This document shows, piece after piece, positions 59,239 through 64,000 of a stretch of 64,000 nt of DNA. The notes beneath the pieces were generated by a model, which saw only the letters and a program-made list of their open reading frames with translations, made no database searches and was not told the DNA's origin. Position 1 is the stretch's first letter; each line of letters starts with the position of its first letter. Both the position numbers and the translations under genes were made by a program. Origin of the DNA: Vulcanimicrobiota bacterium (lineage in GTDB: Bacteria > Vulcanimicrobiota > Vulcanimicrobiia > Eremiobacterales > Eremiobacteraceae); assembly GCA_963805945.1 (NCBI GenBank), contig CAWDVP010000006.1, forward strand, positions 192,001 to 256,000, in the 5' to 3' direction.

Positions 59239-60660
59239 ATGAAGCGGCTGAGCATCGCCGTCCTCGCCTTTTGCGGGCTCATGGCGATCGTGCAGAGCTA
59301 TCGCTGGCATATCTGGACGTTCGGCGCCGACACCGGCACCTTTTCGCAGATCGCGCTCAGCGCGTTCAGCGGCTTTCAAGGCGGCCCCGAAGCCGCTTCG
59401 CACTTCCGCTACCACTGGTCGCCCATCATCGCGACGCTCTTCCCGCTCGTCGCCGTCACGCACTCCGCGCTCTCCCTGCAATTCGTGCAGTTCATGCTCG
59501 TCGCGCTATGCGCGTTTCCGCTGTACGCCATCGCACGCGCCTATGCGAGCGAGCGCACCGCGCTCTATTGCGGCCTGCTCCCGCTCATCTACCCGCCGCT
59601 GGTCGCGGTGGCCTTCGGCGAATTCCATGAGCTCGCGTTCTATCCGCTCATCGCGCTCGCGCTCTTCTGGACCGCCGACCGCGAGCGTTGGGCGGCGTTC
59701 GCGGCGCTGGCCCTCGTCTCGGCCCTGGTGAAAGAGGATTGCTGCATCGTCTTCGTCGCGGTCGGGCTTGCGCTCACGGCGATGGGCATCGCGCGCCGCG
59801 ACACGCAGCGCGGCGGCCTGTTGCTCTTCGAGCCCAAGACGCCGCGCGCGCTCGCCATAGCCGGCATCGGACTTGCGGCGGTCAACGCGCTCGCGCTCGT
59901 CGTCTATTTCATCGTCGTGGTGCCGCGCGTCGGCGGCTTGTGGCAGCCTGCGCACTTCTTCGACTATCCCTTCGGCTACGGACCGGCCGCTATCACCGTG
60001 GCGCTGCTGCTCCATCCCTGGCTCCTCGGCCGCGTCATCACGTACGCGAAGATCGGCTATCTGCTCGAGGCGTTCGCGCCGCTGGCGTTCCTTCCGCTGC
60101 GCTCGTGGTGGACGCTGCTCGCGCTCCCCGGCCTTGCCGAACTCGTGCTCTCAAGCGAATGGGGCGCTTTTCGCATGGGCTCGCACTACGCCGCCATCTG
60201 GATCCCGTGGTTGGTGCTCGCGGCTGCGGCGGTGCTCGTCGGGTTCGAGCGCGCCGGCGGCCTTCGACGCGCGACACGCGCGTTCGCCGCGACGGCAGCC
60301 ATCTGCGCGCTCTTCTTCATCGCGTTCGACCCCGTGCATCCGCTCCATTTCATGCGCCAGATCTATCCACATGACGCCGTGAGGCCGCTTGCCGCGCTCG
60401 TCCCGCGCGATGCGAGCCTCATCACCCACGACGAATGGTTCGCCCAGCTCGCGATCGACTTCCCGAAGGCGACGATCTTCCCGTACACCGCGCATGAGTA
60501 CGCGCTCTTCGCAGACGACTATCCCAACGCATACTACCAGACCGTCTCGCGCGCGCAGCTGCTCGCCGATCTCGCCAGCGGGAGAGCGAAGCAGATCCGA
60601 CGCATCGGCCACGTCGCGCTGTACCGCCTCGAGCCGCCTCGCGGGGTCACCCAACCCTGA
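59239..60660 (+). CDS. DUF2079-like multi-TM membrane protein (paralog of 12728-14137)
   Basis: GADTGTFSQ, HFRYHWSPI, EFHELAF, VKED, YLLEAFAPL, MGSHY. Confidence 0.8.
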   Translation: MKRLSIAVLAFCGLMAIVQSYRWHIWTFGADTGTFSQIALSAFSGFQGGPEAASHFRYHWSPIIATLFPLVAVTHSALSLQFVQFMLVALCAFPLYAIARAYASERTALYCGLLPLIYPPLVAVAFGEFHELAFYPLIALALFWTADRERWAAFAALALVSALVKEDCCIVFVAVGLALTAMGIARRDTQRGGLLLFEPKTPRALAIAGIGLAAVNALALVVYFIVVVPRVGGLWQPAHFFDYPFGYGPAAITVALLLHPWLLGRVITYAKIGYLLEAFAPLAFLPLRSWWTLLALPGLAELVLSSEWGAFRMGSHYAAIWIPWLVLAAAAVLVGFERAGGLRRATRAFAATAAICALFFIAFDPVHPLHFMRQIYPHDAVRPLAALVPRDASLITHDEWFAQLAIDFPKATIFPYTAHEYALFADDYPNAYYQTVSRAQLLADLASGRAKQIRRIGHVALYRLEPPRGVTQP

Positions 60661-60715
60661 CGCTGGCCGGCGAGAATGTTTCCGGCACGGCGGAGGCGTA
60701 GAGACGCCCACCGGC

Positions 60716-61570
60716 ATGCAGTATTTCGAACCGAACTTCGTCGAGGAAGCCCTCGCCTTGCTCGAACAGCTCGGTCCGAGCGCGCGCGTGCTCGCCGGCG
60801 GCACGCTGCTCGGTCCGGAGGTGCGCGCAGCGTCCGGATCGACGAGCGCGATCGTCAACATCAAACGCATCTCCGAACTGCGCGATATCGACTTCGATGG
60901 CCAGGCGCTGCACATCGGCGCGCTCGCGACGGCCCGCGATCTCGCCGAGAACGATTTGGTCCGGCGGCACGCGCCGTTGCTCTCGCTGGCCGCCGCCTCG
61001 CTGGGTGCGACGCAATTGCGCAACGTCGCCACCATCGGCGGCAACCTCTGCTCGGGCCATCACGCGGCGGATCTCGGCGCTGCGCTGCTCGCCTGCGACG
61101 CGCGGTGCGTCATCGCGAACCTCATCACGGGGCCGGCGACGATGCCGGTGGCGGAGTTCTTCCGGCCCGGCGGGCACGCTCTCGAAGAGGGCGCGATCCT
61201 CACCGCGATCGAGATCCCGGCGAGCTCGGCGCACGTCTCCTATGTGAAGATGCAGACGCGCCGCGCGTTCGAGATGGCGATCATCGCGGTGGGCGTCGTC
61301 CTGGCGCATGACTCAGTACGGATCGCTCTCGGCGGCGCCGCGCCGACGCCGGTGCGTGCCGTCCACGGCGAAAAGACGTGGACCGACGGTCGAATACATT
61401 CGACCGCTCCAGACGCGGTAGGGCGTGAGGCCGGTCGCGTCGCCGCGGCGAAGGACTGCGATCCGGTCACCGACCACCGCGCCTCAGCCGAATATCGTCG
61501 GCATCTCGTCGCTGTGCTCACGGAGCGCGCGCTGCTCGAGGCTGCCGCCGCGCACGGATCTGGGCGCTGA
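60716..61570 (+). CDS. Xanthine dehydrogenase/CoxM-family FAD-binding subunit
   Basis: LAGGT, QLRNVATIGGNL, DHRASAEYRR; ATG at 60716. Confidence 0.92.
   Translation: MQYFEPNFVEEALALLEQLGPSARVLAGGTLLGPEVRAASGSTSAIVNIKRISELRDIDFDGQALHIGALATARDLAENDLVRRHAPLLSLAAASLGATQLRNVATIGGNLCSGHHAADLGAALLACDARCVIANLITGPATMPVAEFFRPGGHALEEGAILTAIEIPASSAHVSYVKMQTRRAFEMAIIAVGVVLAHDSVRIALGGAAPTPVRAVHGEKTWTDGRIHSTAPDAVGREAGRVAAAKDCDPVTDHRASAEYRRHLVAVLTERALLEAAAAHGSGR
61387..61411 (-). repeat. Family B REP in frame inside the FAD subunit
   Basis: CGGTCGAATACATTCGACCGCTCCA encodes GRIHSTAP. Confidence 0.85.
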
Positions 61571-62094
61571 TGCAGCCCGTCACCATCTACGTCAACGGCG
61601 AAGAGCGCGAAGTCGTCGTCGAGCCGCTGCAGCCGCTCTTGCACGTGCTGCGCTGGCAGCTGCACCTCACCGGCACCAAAGAAGGCTGTGGCACGGGCTA
61701 CTGCGGCGCATGCACCGTGCTCGTCGACGGCCAAGCGGTCAATTCGTGTCTCTATCCGGCGGTCGACGCCGATCGGCGCGAGGTCACGACGATCGAGGGG
61801 TTGGCGGCTGCGGACGGCACGCTCCATCCGGTTCAAAGCGCATTCGTCGACGACTTCGCGCTGCAATGCGGCTACTGCACGCCGGGCATGATCCTCGCCG
61901 CCGCGGCGCTGCTCGCCGATGACCCTGAGCCGACCGACGAGTCGATCCGTCGCGCGCTCGCGGGCAACCTCTGCCGCTGCACCGGTTACCAGCCGATCGT
62001 CAACGCCGTGCTCGACGCCGCCAAGCGGCTGCGCGATCAGGGCAGAGCCGGTGAGCGGCCGGGCAGACGCACCGACATCCGGTCGAGGGCATAG
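61570..62094 (+). CDS. Xanthine dehydrogenase/CoxS-family 2x[2Fe-2S] subunit
   Basis: [33 protein letters not shown]. Confidence 0.95.
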   Translation: MQPVTIYVNGEEREVVVEPLQPLLHVLRWQLHLTGTKEGCGTGYCGACTVLVDGQAVNSCLYPAVDADRREVTTIEGLAAADGTLHPVQSAFVDDFALQCGYCTPGMILAAAALLADDPEPTDESIRRALAGNLCRCTGYQPIVNAVLDAAKRLRDQGRAGERPGRRTDIRSRA

Positions 62095-62097
62095 GCG

Positions 62098-64000
62098 ATG
62101 ACGAACTACGTCGGCACCACGCGCCCACGCCACGACGCCGTCGGCAAAGTCACCGGCGAGACCAAGTACACCGCCGACATCGCGCTTGACGGAGCGCTCG
62201 TCGGCCTGGTGGTCCGCTCGCCCCACGCCTTCGCGCGCGTGAGCAAGATCGACGTCGCCGCGGCCAAAGCGATGCCCGGCGTCCACGCGATCGCCTATGC
62301 GGGCAACACGCCGGACACGCCCTTCGCGCACGGCATCAAAGACGAGCACCTCTTCCCGCGACCCTACGTGCGCTATATCGGCGAGCCGATCGCCGCCATC
62401 GCGGCCGAGACGATCGGCCAGGCGCGCGCGGCGTCACGCGCGATCGTGGTGGAGTACGACGTGCTCGAGCCGGTGCTCGACGCCAAGCGCGCGCTTGAGC
62501 CGAACGCTCCGCTGGTCCACCCGGATTGGAAGACATACGACAAGGCCGCGACGCGGGTCCTCAAGGGCAACATCTGCCACTATAGCCGCATCAAGCGCGG
62601 CGATGTGGAGAAGGCGTTCGCGCTGCCCGGCGCGATCATCCACGAATCGGAGTTCCGTTTCGCACCCGGCATGGCGGGCTACCTCGAACCGCGCGCGGCG
62701 TTGGCGCGGCGCGAACCGGACGGCGGTCTTACCGTGTGGTGCGGCTCGCAATCGCCATACGACAATCGGGATGAACTCGCCGAGTTCTTCGGGCTCGACC
62801 CGAAGCGCGTCCGCTTCATCAACCAGTTCGTGGGCGGCGCCTTCGGCGCCAAGATCCTGATGGCGGCCGAGTGGTACGCTGCGGCGCTGGCGTTGCAGTG
62901 CGAGCGGCCGGTGCGGGTCGTGTGGTCGCGGCATGAGGACGGGCTGCACGTCTTCCCGCGTCATGGCGGCTTCGCGACGTTCAAGACGGCGGCGAAACCA
63001 GACGGCACGCTGCTCGCGATGCGCGCTTCGTTCCTGTACGATAGCGGCGCATACATCGGCTATGCCGGCGGCACCGCGCTCCTCTCGACCATGCTCGCAA
63101 GCGCGCCATATCGCATTCCCGATCTCGACATCGAAGCGACGCTTGCGTACACGAACAAGCAGCCCGCTGGTCCGGTGCGCGCGCCAGGTGGGCCGCAGGC
63201 CAACTACGCGAAGGAACTGCATCTGGACGAGCTCGCCGCGAAGTTGAAGATCGATGCGCTCGAGTTCCGCCTGCACAACGCGTGGGAGGACGGCGACGTC
63301 GGACCGACCGGCCAGAAGCTCGCCGGCGTGCGCGTGAAAGAGACGCTGCAACGCGCCGCAGACGCGATCGGCTGGGGAACGCCGCTCGCGCGCGACCGCG
63401 GACGCGGGCTCGCTTGCACGTGGTGGTTTTCGGCCTGCGGTGATTCGAAGGCGCGCGTCGAGGTGCTCCAAGACGGCGCGGTCCGCGTGCTCGCCGGCAA
63501 CCCGGAGGTCGGCACGGGCGCTTCTTCTAGCGCCCTGCCGATGATGGTCGCTGAGGTGCTCGGGGTCGCGCCCGAGCAGATCGAGGTCGTGCTGTCGGAC
63601 ACCGCGACGGATACCTACGACAGCGGCGTCGGAGGGAGCTCATCGACGTTCGGCATCGGCGTGGCGGCGACGGCCGCCGCCAAGGACGTGCGCGCGAAGC
63701 TGCTCGCGCGCGCGGAAAACGCGCTCGAGGCCCGCTCGGAGGACATCGAGTTGCGTGACGGGCGTGCCGCGGTGCGCGGCGCGCCCGAGCACGCGGTGAG
63801 CCTCGGCGATCTGGCGCGGGCCGCGGGCGGGTCCATCGAAGGCCGCGGCGAGAGCACCGAGATCGAAGATCCGGAGTTCGACGAGACGCTGACCGAGACG
63901 CACGGCTTCGCGAGTTTTCTCGCGCCGTCGTTCACCGCCAGCGCCGCGGAGGTCATCGTCGATCGCGGCACGGGCCGCGTCGAAGTCCGCAAGATCGTCA
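62098..64000 (+). CDS. Xanthine dehydrogenase-family molybdopterin subunit (runs off the window; not in the ORF track)
   Basis: Manual translation: KVTGETKYTAD, VRSPHAFA, VGGAFGAK, GPVRAPGGPQ. Confidence 0.9.
   Translation, partial: MTNYVGTTRPRHDAVGKVTGETKYTADIALDGALVGLVVRSPHAFARVSKIDVAAAKAMPGVHAIAYAGNTPDTPFAHGIKDEHLFPRPYVRYIGEPIAAIAAETIGQARAASRAIVVEYDVLEPVLDAKRALEPNAPLVHPDWKTYDKAATRVLKGNICHYSRIKRGDVEKAFALPGAIIHESEFRFAPGMAGYLEPRAALARREPDGGLTVWCGSQSPYDNRDELAEFFGLDPKRVRFINQFVGGAFGAKILMAAEWYAAALALQCERPVRVVWSRHEDGLHVFPRHGGFATFKTAAKPDGTLLAMRASFLYDSGAYIGYAGGTALLSTMLASAPYRIPDLDIEATLAYTNKQPAGPVRAPGGPQANYAKELHLDELAAKLKIDALEFRLHNAWEDGDVGPTGQKLAGVRVKETLQRAADAIGWGTPLARDRGRGLACTWWFSACGDSKARVEVLQDGAVRVLAGNPEVGTGASSSALPMMVAEVLGVAPEQIEVVLSDTATDTYDSGVGGSSSTFGIGVAATAAAKDVRAKLLARAENALEARSEDIELRDGRAAVRGAPEHAVSLGDLARAAGGSIEGRGESTEIEDPEFDETLTETHGFASFLAPSFTASAAEVIVDRGTGRVEVRKIV

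Noticed and set aside
60716..64000. Aerobic CO dehydrogenase (coxMSL)
   Set aside because: Large subunit lacks form I and form II active-site motifs

Overview
High-GC bacterial chromosome segment of mostly core genes. The lineage is inferred to be Candidatus Eremiobacterota/Vulcanimicrobiota-like (diderm, with a TonB receptor, but Firmicutes-like RpoB/RpoC and a Gram-positive-type SOS box); this needs a phylogeny to confirm. From left to right: a Nudix hydrolase; a minus-strand dnaE-cof-ftsQ-ftsA-ftsZ run with a LexA-like box and DnaA-like boxes; pckA; an NlpE/META protein; two DUF2079-like membrane proteins and small hypotheticals; the str/S10/spc/alpha ribosomal supercluster (no rpmD); a beta-propeller lipoprotein and a HAD hydrolase; rpoC and rpoB; an MsbA-like ABC transporter; a divergent photolyase/cryptochrome; cytochrome c; an MFS transporter, nucleotidyltransferase and methyltransferase; a cobalamin-riboswitch-led btuC-D-B-F operon; a third DUF2079-like gene; and a xanthine-dehydrogenase-family molybdo-flavoenzyme, truncated at the window end. 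Genes between about 31.6 and 49.3 kb (tuf, fusA, rpoC, rpoB and others) carry many single-base indels that look like sequencing or assembly error. The most striking unexplained pattern is about 24 short G(T/G)AG-led palindromic REP-like elements in at least three related families. Many lie in frame inside proteins (RpsC, RpoC, DnaE, BtuF, Xdh FAD subunit), where they encode recurrent GAVEFIRP / GRINSTAP peptides, and some supply gene stop or start codons.
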